Source: Lama guanicoe
Lineage: Eukaryota
Assembly: GCA_013239625.1 (NCBI GenBank)
Contig: MU053652.1
Location: 8,591,499 to 8,628,864 of the forward strand
Direction of reading: 5' to 3'
DNA length: 37,366 nt
Part shown: in pieces, positions 10,867 to 23,035 of the stretch
Position numbering within the stretch: the first letter of the stretch is position 1
How the letters are laid out: every line of letters starts with the position of its first letter
The notes under the pieces: generated by a model
What the model saw: the letters and a program-made list of their open reading frames with translations, nothing else
Databases searched by the model: none
What the model was told of the DNA's origin: nothing
Program-made: the position numbers and the translations under genes

Positions 10867-13590
10867 ACTTTTGCTTCTGGGAAGACTGAGTAGACATGCT
10901 TTCCCCTATCCCCCCCACTCCAGATTGCACTAAAAACCTTGGATATCATATGTAAAATGAGGATAAGAATGGTAAAGAGGGAAAGGAAAGGTAGGCAGGC
11001 TGGAAACTGTGAGAACCAAGGAACGGCATGGTGGTCATTTTTGCCTTAAATCCCAGACTTGGAGTTGAAGATAAAGGAAATCTACAAACACCAACAGGCT
11101 CAAATTTTTTTTTTTTAAACCCAAATAAAAGGCTTCTGTATCTAGCCAGGGAACCAGGAAACAAGCAACCTAGCAAAAAAAGAAATATTTAGGCAACAGC
11201 CACTCTGTTCACCATAGAAAAACCTATGCCCCTATCTCCACCTGTGCCAGCAAAGGTCAAGTGGAAGCCTAGAATTCCACCCTCTTGAGACTAGCAGGGT
11301 TCCTGGCACTCCTGCCTGAGTGGTACCGGAGATGCTCAGTAGGGAGTTGGGATTTTTATGCCCACCGGGCAGTAATGAGCACGTCTTTCTTCTGCATCAG
11401 GGGAGGCAACACGGGGAGCCCGGACTTCCGCCCCCACACAGTGAAGCAGGCCCCTCCCCCTCTGAGACGCGGGCAGGGGAGGCCCAGGGGAGACTAAGGG
11501 CTGTTAACCATCATCTAATGGGAACACCATGGTGTCCATGGTAAGGGAGGAAAGGCAGAAATCACACTACGCCCAGCAGAAATTAAGAGGCTCCTCCTCC
11601 ACGTCAGCTGAGGTTGAGCGGGGAACCTCGGCTTCTATCTCCGCCTGCCAGTAATGAGAAAGTGCCCTTCTCCTGCCAGAACAGCATCAGAAACAGTAAG
11701 AACACAGAGTTTAACCAACACCCAGGATCTCTCATAACACAGTACAAAAATATCCAAGTTTCAGTAGAAAAAAATCACTCATTGTTACCAAATTCAGGGA
11801 GATCTCAAACAGAATGAGAAGGGACAAACAGCAGATACCAACACTGAAGTGACAGATGTTAGATTTATTTAAGAAACAGTTTTAAAGCTGCCATAATAAA
11901 AATACTTCAAAGAACAATTACGGATACGTTTAAAAACCATGAGAAAATAGAAATCCTCAAAGAAATGGGAAGTCTCAGCAAGGAAATAGAAGATAAAGAA
12001 AAAACAAATGGAAATTTTAGAAGTGAAATGTATAGTAATCAAAATTTGAAACTCAGTGGATGGGTTCAGTGGCAGATGGTGTGGACAGAGGAAAGAATCA
12101 GTGAACTGGAAGACAGGATAGAAAATACCAACAAAGAACCTACTGAAAAAGATGAACACAGCCTCGGTGACCTGTGGGATGGTAATAATAGAATTTTCAT
12201 GTCCCTGGAGTCTCAGAAGGAGAGGAGAAACTAGAGTGAATCTGAGAAAGTACTGAAAGAAGTAATTGCTGAAAATGCTCCAGATTTTCCATAAGGCAAA
12301 TCTGCAGTTTGAAGAAGCCAAGAAGACCCCAAACAGAATAACCCCAGAGAAATCCATGCCAAGACACAAATAATTAAACTTCCAAAATCTAACAGAAAGA
12401 AAAGAACCTTTAAAGCGGCTGAGAGAAATGACACGTTACCTACAGATAAAAACTGATTTCTCATCAGAAAACAAGGAGACAGAAGTGGCAAAACGTTACT
12501 CAAGTGCTAAGACAGAGAGCCTGCCAACTTAAAATCCCTCATCCAGCACCATATCCTCAGGAAACGAAGAGGAAATCAGGACACTCTCAGAAAAGCTAGG
12601 AGAATTATTCACAAGCAAACTTACTCCAAAACAATGGCTTTGAAGTGTTTTCTAAACAGCAGAGAACCTCCTCGCTCTCCCCCTCAAAATCTGGAACGTC
12701 AGGAAAGAAGAAAGAATAACCCAAAATGTGGGTAAATACGATAATAAGCTATCCTTAAGTTTTCTAAGTTATGTTTGATGGTTGAAGCAAAAATTTTAAC
12801 ATTGTCTCATGTGGTTTTAAGTGTCTCATTTGATTTAAATGAAACATTAAAGCAGTATTAAAAGAGTAAAAGACCTATAGGGAGGTAAGTTTTTGATTCT
12901 TCAAATGAGCTGGTTAAAGAATGGTATCAGTAGATTGTGGTAATTTACATGTATTTAGGTAATACTTGGAGCAACCTCTTAACACTATATACAGATATTA
13001 TAAATAAATCAAAACTCTAAAATATATTAAATTAACCCACAGAAGGCAGGACAGAGAAAACAAATGCATTGAGATGACAGAAAACAAAAAAATGAAATGG
13101 CAGATTAAGCCCTAACTGATAAATGGTTATATTGAATGTAAATGGTTTAAATGTACCAATTTGAGACAGACTGGCAAAGTAGATTTAAAAATATGACCCA
13201 CTATATGATATGCTTCTTACGATAAACTCACTTCAAATACAATTACATCTTGAAAGTAAGTGTAAGGAAGAAGATATAATGCAAACACTAATCAAAGGAA
13301 GTCAGTAGTAGTACAAATATCCAAAATTATCGAAGAAAATTACCAAAGACAAAGAGGGCAGTATATAATGATAAACAAGTCAATCTGCTAAGACAACGTA
13401 ACCAACCCAGATGTTTATGTATCAAAAAACAGGGGTGCAAAATATGTAAAGCAAAACTCAAAACAAAGGAGAGAAATATACAAATCTACAATATCGTCAC
13501 GCTTGAGGTGACAAAATGTTGATATCAGCAATTGCTATAACTCATATATAATTCCTAGAGCATCCATTATAAAACTGTGAAGAGAGATAC
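10867..13590 (+). mobile_element. L1MD-type 5' half: 5' UTR, decayed ORF1, inter-ORF and ORF2 endonuclease start
   Basis: cttctgggaagactgagtagacatgctttcccctat matches the recalled L1MD 5' end. ORF 11965-12234 has EERISELEDR..SLGDLWD (ORF1p). ttgaatgtaaatggtttaaat (LNVNGLN) near 13132 marks the ORF2 start. Many stops and frameshifts. Confidence 0.87.
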
Positions 13591-13591
13591 A

Positions 13592-14198
13592 CAGCAATCC
13601 CATTCCTGGGCATGTATCTGGAAAAAACTCTTAATTCAAAAAGATACATGCACCCCCATTGTTTGTAGCAGCACTATTTACAATAGCCACGACATGGAAG
13701 CAACCTAAATGTCCATCAACAGGTAACTGGATAAAGAAGTGGTATGAATATACAATGGAATACTACCCAGTCATGAAAAAGAATGAAATAATGCCATTTG
13801 CAGCAGGATGGATAGACCTGGAGATTATCATACCAAGTGAAATAAGTCAGACAGAAAGACAAATATCCTATGCTATCACTTACATGTGGAATCGAAAAAA
13901 ATGTCACAAGTGAACTTATTTACAAAACAGAAACAGATTTACAGACATAGAAAACAAACTTATGGTTTCTAGGGGGAAAGGGTGAGGGGATAAATCCAGA
14001 GTCTGGAATTTGCAGATACCAACTACTATATATAAAATAAACAACAAGGTCCTATTGACAGGGAACAATATTCAACAGCTTGTAATAACCTATAACAATA
14101 AAGAATATGAAAAAATATATGTATACTTACTGAATCACTATGCTGTACATCATAAACTAACAACATTATAAATTAGCTATATGTCAGTGAAAATAATT
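13592..14198 (+). mobile_element. Lineage L1 3' end (ORF2 C-terminus plus 3' UTR)
   Basis: cagcaatcccattcctggg, ORF 13659-13913 MFVAALFTIATTWKQPKCPS, and a 3' UTR ending tgaatcactatgctgtac..aactaacaacatt. Confidence 0.9.
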
Positions 14199-16054
14199 AT
14201 ACGGCACATATCTCTCTAAATGCCTCCAATATGTAAATACATATCGATTCTATTATATTTCCTATGTAAATTGATTCACTGTACATATGTACCTAATTTC
14301 ATGTATTTGCCAAGTATATACATGTATACACACACGAATCAAACTTGTGACTGAAATTCTGAATTAGTTAAAGATTCATATGAGCTGTAGTTATCTTCTG
14401 TTTTATATGCTCACTTAGGGAATTAATCTTATTTAGACTTTGATTCTTCATTTGTTACTAACTTTAAACATTTGTCATATAATCTGAATAGAATTAGAGC
14501 AAATAATACTAAAATCAAATTACAAAAATAAGTAGTTTTCTTCAGAAATGCTTACAATTGGATTAATAGCAAAGGTCTAGGCAAGAAGGAATTCTGCATT
14601 CCTGTGATCTCATTTCTGAATAATACTCAGTTAATCCATTAACATCGTTAAAGTTCTCTATGAATCAGTTTAATGTCTGAGTGTAATAAAATTAAGCTCT
14701 TCTTACAGAAGTTTTAGAAGCTTTGACAGTCTTTATGCAATGAAGCTCTCAAATTTCTGAGAATTCAGAAGCACTACTATCATATTCCTTGAATTTATAA
14801 TGTGATTTTCTTAAGGAAATGTTCCAAGCTAGTAATTCTTTTCTATTTGTACTTTTGAAAAATTAGAAATGTAACTTTATCAAAATGGTATTTCAGTTTC
14901 TTCTCTAACCCTTGCATTTCAATCCATCCTTTGTCTTGTGTTTTTTATCTTGCTTTTTGTCGACTGACATATGCTTCATCACTTTTAAAAATGTATACCT
15001 TTTCAGTAAAATATCTGTTACTCAGAACCATCATTTATTGCATCACTAGATCTTCATTTTCACAGTAACCAAACCTAAATAAGACAAGCTCCACCCTAAT
15101 TTTGGCAATGTCTCGAAGACTACGGACTGGTAATTTATAGGGTGGGAAAATAGTGAATTTTTTGTCTTCATGGAAATATGGTTTCCTCCTCTGAAACTAC
15201 TTGGATTCTTTAGCCTCTTATTTTTCCTTTAAAGTCGTCTGCATTTTTTCCCCCTGAAATGAGAAAGTCTTCAGCAACTATTTTTATTTTGTTATAAGTA
15301 AAAAATTTCCCTTGTGAACAAAAGCACTCTTTAAATGTGTTAACCTGAGTCCCCCCGCCTTTTTTTTTCTGGTGATTTCTCCCCCTCCGCCAGCTCTGTT
15401 GATAAAAGATTGGTTTAAGAAACATTGATGGTTTGTAGCTATCAGTTTGTTTTTTAATCCCCAAATCTCTTATGGTAGCAAAGGAAAAGAATTGAACTCA
15501 ATTCTTTCTAATTCTGAAAGGTGGTTTACTGTCAGCCCTGAAAACTGTTCAGGGAAAAGTCCGTAAACGTATGCAAATCACATCTTTCTTTGAATTTATG
15601 AAACTTTTGCCCCGTGTCCCTGCTTGTCTGATTTCAAACACTATTTTAAGATCGATAGAGATGATTTGATATGAGTGCCTGTTTTAAAAGTGGCTACAAC
15701 TTACTATATTTTGAGTAGGAAGTCCTTTTAAGAGGCACAGGTACTAAAGTTCATGTCATCTATGCTCAAATCAGGCTCTTAATTTCAGTACTTGGAATAC
15801 ATCACAAAAATGTTACTTCCCAGTCATTGTGCTTTGGCATCCAGTGGAAGAGGCTTTTGAAATCGAATGTGAGATTGCATTTTCTGTTTCACCTCTGTGG
15901 TCATTAAAATATGCATGAAAATGTTTATAGGAGTCTTAATGTGAATGCTCTGAAAGATTTTATTGTCTTTTACTCCATCCTTCAAAACATTTGCTTTATT
16001 TGCAGCCTGATTCTTTCCTTCTGAGGTTGGGTTACGTAACTCCAGAAGGAGCGA

Positions 16055-16240
16055 GAAATTCATTTATTTGAGAGCTGACAAGCACTATAAAAATGAATAA
16101 GGCCTGGCTGTTTTCCACCAAGAGCAACTCCTAATTTCATGGCCATAGGGTGGTTATACATGTACCTAAGTGACTGAGATTATAATCCAAGTGTATAAAC
16201 ACTACAAGGAGGTTGTTAACAAAGTATAAAGGGAAACAAG
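16055..16240 (-). mobile_element. L2 fragment
   Basis: catttatttgag...aaatgaataagg...caagagc..aagtgtataaacactac resembles L2 antisense. Confidence 0.5.
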
Positions 16241-16571
16241 CTTATCTTTTTGGGGTTCCATTTGCTTCTAATTGTAGATCTAATGCTTGTCTATCAGGAA
16301 AATAATCAGTTTTGAGTTTCATCTTGTCAAATGATGGTTTTTTAAAAACTTTAAATTTAGCACTTTAAGTAGGAAAAACAATTATTTTGGGAAATTGTGG
16401 CTGCACTTGTGGGGTTATCTCATGCTTCCACGGATCTTAATTTTTTCTCTCTGAACTATGTGAATATACTCAAGAAAATGGCCAGGCTAATGAGATCTGG
16501 CCTAGATAAGCCTTTCATAACTTTTTTTTTTATATTTTAACATGGACTTCTGTTCTCTGTAAATAGTACCA

Positions 16572-16624
16572 TGTGGGTAATTGGATTTTTTTGTGGTAAT
16601 TGGATTTTTCATGTGGATTTTTTT
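16572..16624. repeat. Short tandem repeat, ~19-20 bp unit, ~2.5 copies
   Basis: tgtgggtaattggatttttt / tgtggtaattggatttttc / atgtggattttttt. Confidence 0.8.
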
Positions 16625-19600
16625 GGCATGAATTATAATTTACTTCTCCTAATCTGCAGGTACTTAATAATTGCTAGTTGTTTTTAAGACCTTCAACTAG
16701 AGGTTGATTGTCCAAATAAGAGTGTTAGTATAAGAGGATTGTTCAATACTTTTTTAAAATTTTAGCCGGTTTCTCAGGACGTATATGTCAGCAATGTCTA
16801 GAATTGTAACATAAATTATTACAAAGCATCTAGACCAGAAACTGGAATTCTGAGTTTGGCTAAGTGAGCATCCACCAAGGATGTTACCATCCCCTTCTCG
16901 TGTTCCCACACAGAGGTCAGGGATGCCAGATTTAATGTGGTACAGAGAGCACTTAGAAAAATGTGTTTAACTTATGGTAACAGAAGCTAAACAGCAGTGT
17001 TTCAGAACATTGCCCCTTGGCCGTGTTTCAGAGCTTTCCCACCAGTGTGTGGGAACACACTGAAAACGGACTTTTATTTATGCATATTTATATATGTACA
17101 GAGAGAGATACAGATATAGATATAAATATGGAGAGGGGGAGAGGGAAGACAGGGGTAGGGGGAGGGCTGCCTTGTAGCACAGTTCCAGGAAGTACCATTC
17201 ACCTTTATTCCCTTTTGTGCTCCCTGGAGGGGTGCAGTATGGCAGTTCGGTCTATACTGACCTGTGGGGCACAGACTGGAGGGGACTGCGTCACCTGAAT
17301 GGGGTTGGAGGAAAGAATTCATGACTTGGTGATATATAAATGTGATGTGGGAAAACATCCACGTGTTAGGAATTTCAATTATATATGAAAGGTAGGAATA
17401 TTTTTAAATCGAACATTGCTTATTAACAAATGTGTATACGTGTCTTTTGTAATATGAATGAACTTCCTTCTATCAGGAATTTCAGAATGACTCTGTTCTT
17501 TAAGCATACTTAGATGCTGTTCTACAGTGTTAGGCTACAAATGATCACAGCAGCTGAACAGGGCTTTGTGACTTGTTTTAGCCTCACTTTCTGACTTTCA
17601 ATTTTTATTTTGAGTCCGTGAGCCTTGCCAGTATGTGTTAATATATATTTATGGAATCCTTGTAATTTTCAGTTCGTTCATTCTGGTGCTGTAGCATGTC
17701 AATTAACTTAGCTACCCTTTGAAGTCAGTAACTATGTAAGAACAAATCTGCAAGGTGAAAATAAAGCATTAACAATTTTCCTGAAAAACCTTTTAGCTTA
17801 TAAACTCTGTGAAACTTCTTGGTACCGTCAGTGTGGTATGATAGGAAACAATAAGTGATGCTCTGATTCTGTTTCTTTACAGAAAAGCTGAAAACAGATG
17901 GGGCAGTAGCAGCTTGGATTATATTATATTCACTATTTTCTTAACATAATTTAATGTGGAATCCAGGCAAATTTCTATAGGAATCTTTCTTTGGAAGAAA
18001 ATGATGTGTTAATTGCAGTGTTTTCAGAATAAACTCCTGGTGTCAAAGCCTTTACATATTCCTGTCAGTGCAGAACATAAACACAGGCCCTGTTTGAATG
18101 TCTTACTTGTTCCATGGTTTCCTTCTACCATACAAAATATTTCATCCCCGGCAGTTCGGATATTTCTCTACAAAGCAAATAGTATTATTCCGAGCATTAT
18201 TCACCAGGGATTCAATTTTTTTTAAATAAAATATTTTAACAGCTGGGAATTCATTAATATATAATGGAAATACTTTTGCTTTAATAATTTGAATTAGTGT
18301 TGTTTCTGTCATCTGACATCTTTGTCTCTACTAAAACTTTTGACAGCTGACACCTTTTCAATACCCTTTGTTTTGCTGGTCCCATTACAATACAGTGTCG
18401 ATCATCTCACGTTAAGCTGATAAAATCAGTGATTTTGCAATGGAGGCGAGAGATTTTGATTTTAGCTCTTAATTGCATGACCTTGAGTTCTTGAGTTTTG
18501 TATGACACTCCTGTAACCTCGCTTGTGAAACATTTTTCAAGCTATTAAAATTCGTAACTTTTTAATATTTAAGCTGAATGTATTATAGGAAGGTGTCAGT
18601 GGTTTGCTAACATGATAACATTTACACGAAATAAGACATTTAGTTTGCAGAAAGTTGTTGAAGGACACAGATCTAGATTTTGTTATCGGCCTCATCATAT
18701 GGCCTATTTATTGGCGAATCTTTTTATTTGTAACTATTGTCTGAAGACACTGTAGATTTTAAAAAGTTGCACATCCGTTGGAAAGAGGTCTGTAAACATT
18801 AGATCTATTTAGATATAAACTTCTGAAGGAGACTGATCTGTTAGGAATTTATAAACTTGATCTAAAAAATTAAACCTGTTTTCTTAAGAATGTGTAAGTA
18901 CAAACTATTCAAAAAAATTTTTAAATAGCATTAGCAAGTCCTGAGGCATAAATTTCATCTAATTCAATAGGTAAAATTTGGAAGTTCACATGATATAGAC
19001 ATTACAATCATAAAATAAAAAATTTGAAATACATATTTCAAAACTGTAAAGACTCCTTACTTAATCCTTTTCATTAAATTGCATTACTTTGGGGGGGGGC
19101 AAACATTTTCCCAAGTTACCAGTTCCTTTAAGAGTCAGATTTTGTTTTTGGTTTATTAACCAATTGTAGATAAACTCATAAATAGTTGAGAAAATTCACA
19201 CAAATTCACCTTAGAAATACTAATGTAAGAAAGTCATAGTGACAATAAGAAAGAAAATGATAGTGGAGAAAGTAGTGATAGTAACCATTACTTTCTACCT
19301 AACGAAGAAGAACTGTGCGAAGCAGAAGCAAGTTAAATGGAGCGAGAACTAAACATTTGTGTATGCTAAACAAAACTTTTTGATTATAAACTAATTGTGA
19401 CTAGACCTGCGGTACTGACAGATGCAGCAGATTTAACCAGAGGTCGGGGTGAGAGGAGATCTGTTTGGGACTGCACAGACACTTCTTGGTGGGGACGGCT
19501 CGGCCTCAAGTCTTATTAGCCAAAATGATAGTTACCTCATTAAAAAAGTTTATAGAGGGAGCCATTTAAATATGATTCATATGTTTTTAAATTTTTGAAT

Positions 19601-19984
19601 AGAGGTTAAAAAAAAAAAGTCTTGTTGGTAGCACATTGGCTGGGAAGCTCCACCCTGTAAAATGTTACCCCAGTGGGTGCGTAGAGGAGTCTGTCTGTAT
19701 GTCTGCAAGTACATGCAAGCGTGTGTTTCTATAGACACAACGGAGTGTGCTTTCAGTCAGTCATACTATTTTTGGTAGCCGTTGCTATTGGCTAAAGTGT
19801 ACTATTTCACAAACCAAGATCATAGGAAGAAAAAATTCACCTTTCTTCAATCATAACTGTACTTAAACACTCCATTCAAAGTTTCATAGTTTATTTTACA
19901 AAGTATTGGAAAAAGATTTTTGTTTTCACCAGAATGTCACTTAACTCTTATGTGACGATAGGCTTATTTCTAAGTCTGCCCCTT

Positions 19985-20055
19985 CCCTATCACAGTACTT
20001 GGTAATTAGTAGGTCCTCAATCAATATTTGTTGAATTACTGAGTTGCTGAATATT
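19985..20055 (+). mobile_element. L2 3' tail
   Basis: cctatcacagtacttgg..tagtaggtcctcaatcaatatttgttgaat. Confidence 0.65.
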
Positions 20056-20494
20056 TGAAGAAACGTGAAAAGCAACATAGCCTTTCTAAATGAAAGTTGA
20101 GACAGCTAATGTTTCAAAGTTTAAAGTTTCCTGTTTGCATACATTTAGAAAACTAAAGGGTGATGTAGTGATAGAGAAGTAAGGTGTAAGGCTTTAGGCT
20201 TAAATGATGAATACTGTGAGAATGAGTTCTGTGCTTCCTATGTGTGTGTGGCATGAAGTGCATCTTTTTCCTAGAAAAGTTCTTTGACTTAATTATACCC
20301 TATCACATTTTGTTTCAAAAACGTGCTTATAAGATATATTAATGAGGAACTAATTTATGGCAGCAGTTGAGTTCCGTGACAAGGAGTGGCTTACCTGAGG
20401 ACTGCTGACCACCTTGATGTACTGCAGTCCTGGGATGTCTCCCTTTGGAGAGTGGAAGTTCCCATCTCGGCCATATCACGCCCTTGCCTTCGAG

Positions 20495-20570
20495 CTCCTC
20501 CTCTTCCTTCCTTCCCCCTGCCTTCCTTCCCTTCTCCTCTTCCTCCTCCTGCTTTTCCTCTACCTCACTC
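20495..20570. repeat. CT-rich low-complexity polypyrimidine tract
   Basis: ctcctcctcttccttccttccccctgccttccttcccttctcctcttcctcctcc. Confidence 0.8.
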
Positions 20571-21374
20571 AATGCCCAATCAGGAGGGAACATCTTTATT
20601 TGATGTGCCCTATCCTTTTAGGAGTAGGTTGTGCCAGTTTAGTCAACTAATGTTAAGATGCTTTTGTGTTGTAAAGGACTGATGGGTTTACATACTAATC
20701 TCCTGCAGGAATTTTAACAAGGGAGGGGTCCTGGAAACAGTGGCATACCCCAAAGAGTTTGTCATTATAGAACACCAGACATTTTGGTAGGCAAATGTAG
20801 GGTGTGGGACTAATGTTTAGGAAGATGTGATAAATCACAAAACTATGACACGGAAGCTTTTGAATTGTGTAAAATGTGCCCGGTGATTTTCCATTTTAAG
20901 TATTGCCTGTAATTCCTTGCAGTAAACTAATGATTTTAGTGCTACATGGTATTTATGACTGTTAATGTATTTCTTGAATCTCTATATTGATGTTGTAATT
21001 ATTCACCTCCCCTTGTAGCCAAATTTCACAGTGATATCCAGGTATTTTTCAGGAATTTGTAATACTTGAGACTTCAGAAAGCTCTTCCAGAAAGTATAGA
21101 ATGTGCTGTCCTTTGCTACAAAAATAATTTTGGGTGGTTCTGTGATTTAGCAGTGTAAATAGATATAGAATAACTGGGATTTGTTAACAGAATTTTTGTG
21201 AGAGAAATTAACTGAAAAGAAACTGACACTAAGATAATGTCTTCCAGTATGAAAAAAAAAATTCAGATCTGCTCCAGCACAAAATATTTAAGTTTTCTGT
21301 TCTATATATTCATATCCTAGATTCTTTCAGTTTTTGGCATCCTGAATCCCTTTTGAATTTTCTTGGACATCTGT

Positions 21375-21445
21375 TTTGTGAATTTAAGTTTTCTCCTGTA
21401 AAATGGAGCTGATAATACTTCTAAATATTAATGAAGTAAATAAGG
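21375..21445 (+). mobile_element. MIR core fragment
   Basis: agttttctcctgtaaaatggagctgataatac. Confidence 0.5.
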
Positions 21446-22666
21446 CCTCTTTTTTCAAGCTGGCTTGGCTCTGTATTTCTCAGTAGGTGGGCAGCAGATG
21501 GAGTGGAACCAAAGGCACCCCTTTTGCCAATAGACAGGGTTTTAGGGCCAAAATGCATATGCCCTGGCTGGGATTACACAGCACTTCACTGTTCTACAAG
21601 CCTTTATTTATATGTATTTATCACAGTGTAGGTTTTCTCTTTAGACCAAATGTATTATGTGGCGATACGTGGGAAATCTGGTTACCAGCAAGTGGCCCTG
21701 GTCAATGACCTGTCTCCATCCCTATGGTTTTTGTTGTATTTGGAGGTTTGTTTTTTTGTGTAGCCAGAGCCTTTCCATTTTTATTTGAATTGCTTTAATT
21801 TCTTAGGGTATGGCTGGTATTCTGTTATTAGGGGGAAAAAAAAAACTTGTAGGTTTAGTGTAAATTCACTACCTTCTGTAAGATCTAGATAAGGTTAGGT
21901 TGTTCCTAAAGAGAAATTTGCTTCAGATATAAGCAGTTTTAGGTTTTCCTAGCAGACAAAACACTTAAGAAGTGCTTATATCTTAAAATATGATTTATAA
22001 TTATACTGGCCAGGAGAGAAATCTGCTCTTAATTCTTTCTCATGAACAAAAGCCTAATTTAAAAATGGGGTTTAGTCCTGTCCTGTGTATCATGTGTATC
22101 CGTCGTTCCATTTTAGGTTGGTCAAAAGTTAAAAGTCTGGAATTACAGCCAAGTATTGTACTGTGAAAATCTAAATCAATTTGGTTGTTGATACCACTCT
22201 ACCTTTTGACTTAGTTGGGTAGATTTCTTTTAGCTAATCAATACCAGGTCCCGCAAATCCCTAATCTAGCTGAATATCAGACCCCCAGGAACTTAAAAAT
22301 TGAATAGCTTTCCAGGTCACTCTATTTAGAATTCAGAAATGGTGGTATAAATGTAGTTATTTGGTATCTACATTTTAAAAAAAGCTTTTCGAAGTTTGTA
22401 ATTAGCTGGGTTTGGGAAACTTGTTGGTTTTTCATTCTGTAAAGATCACACTTGCCTCTTGGTGGCATCTCATTTATTTGCCAGGAGTTAGTCTTGCACA
22501 GCAGGTTGAGCTCTGCTGTGGAAATGTCCTCTGAGACTGGAAAGATTAAGGAGTTGGAGGTGACTGGGACCATGAGACATTATCAAGTCTGAAAAGGCAA
22601 AGATAACTAGACAGAAACACAGACAATCCAAAGAATGAAAGAAAAATGTTATCAAAGATTTAGAGC

Positions 22667-22884
22667 TAGAGTCAAAAGCTATAATACAAATGAAATATAG
22701 GATGACCAGTTACATGTTCATTTTAGGTGAATAATGTATAATTTATGATTTTTAGTACATGAAATGTTTGGGACATACTTACAGTAAAGCTGATCTCAAA
22801 TTTTTAATGTAAGTGTTTTATCATTGTCTGTGTATCTGAAATTGAAATTTAATGGGACATCCTGTATTTAAATTGGCAGCCCTA
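22667..22884. mobile_element. MER53 palindromic hAT MITE
   Basis: aaatataggatgaccagtta ... tgggacatactta ... tctgaaattgaaatttaatgggacatcctgtattt..tggcagcccta, with arms that are approximate reverse complements. Confidence 0.8.
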
Positions 22885-23035
22885 CCTTGGAAGCCCACTA
22901 GTGTGGAAGGAGGGTATGATGTACTGCTTAGATTCAACAGTGTACCACACAATATAGCCGTTCAACTAAACATCCTAGGAGCAGGCTTTATTTTAAAATA
23001 CCTTTTTAAACTAAATCTAAAATGAAAATATTTTA

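Noticed and set aside
11869..12503. 166-aa and 90-aa hydrophobic minus-strand ORFs
   Set aside because: They are antisense readings of decayed, A-rich L1 ORF1, which gives spurious Phe/Leu-rich peptides.
17043..17062. 8-bp stem-loop cagtgtgt-ggga-acacactg
   Set aside because: Too short to support an RNA gene and likely chance.
20339..20593. Glu/Lys-rich 84-aa minus-strand ORF
   Set aside because: Its composition comes from the CT simple repeat, with no recognisable homology.
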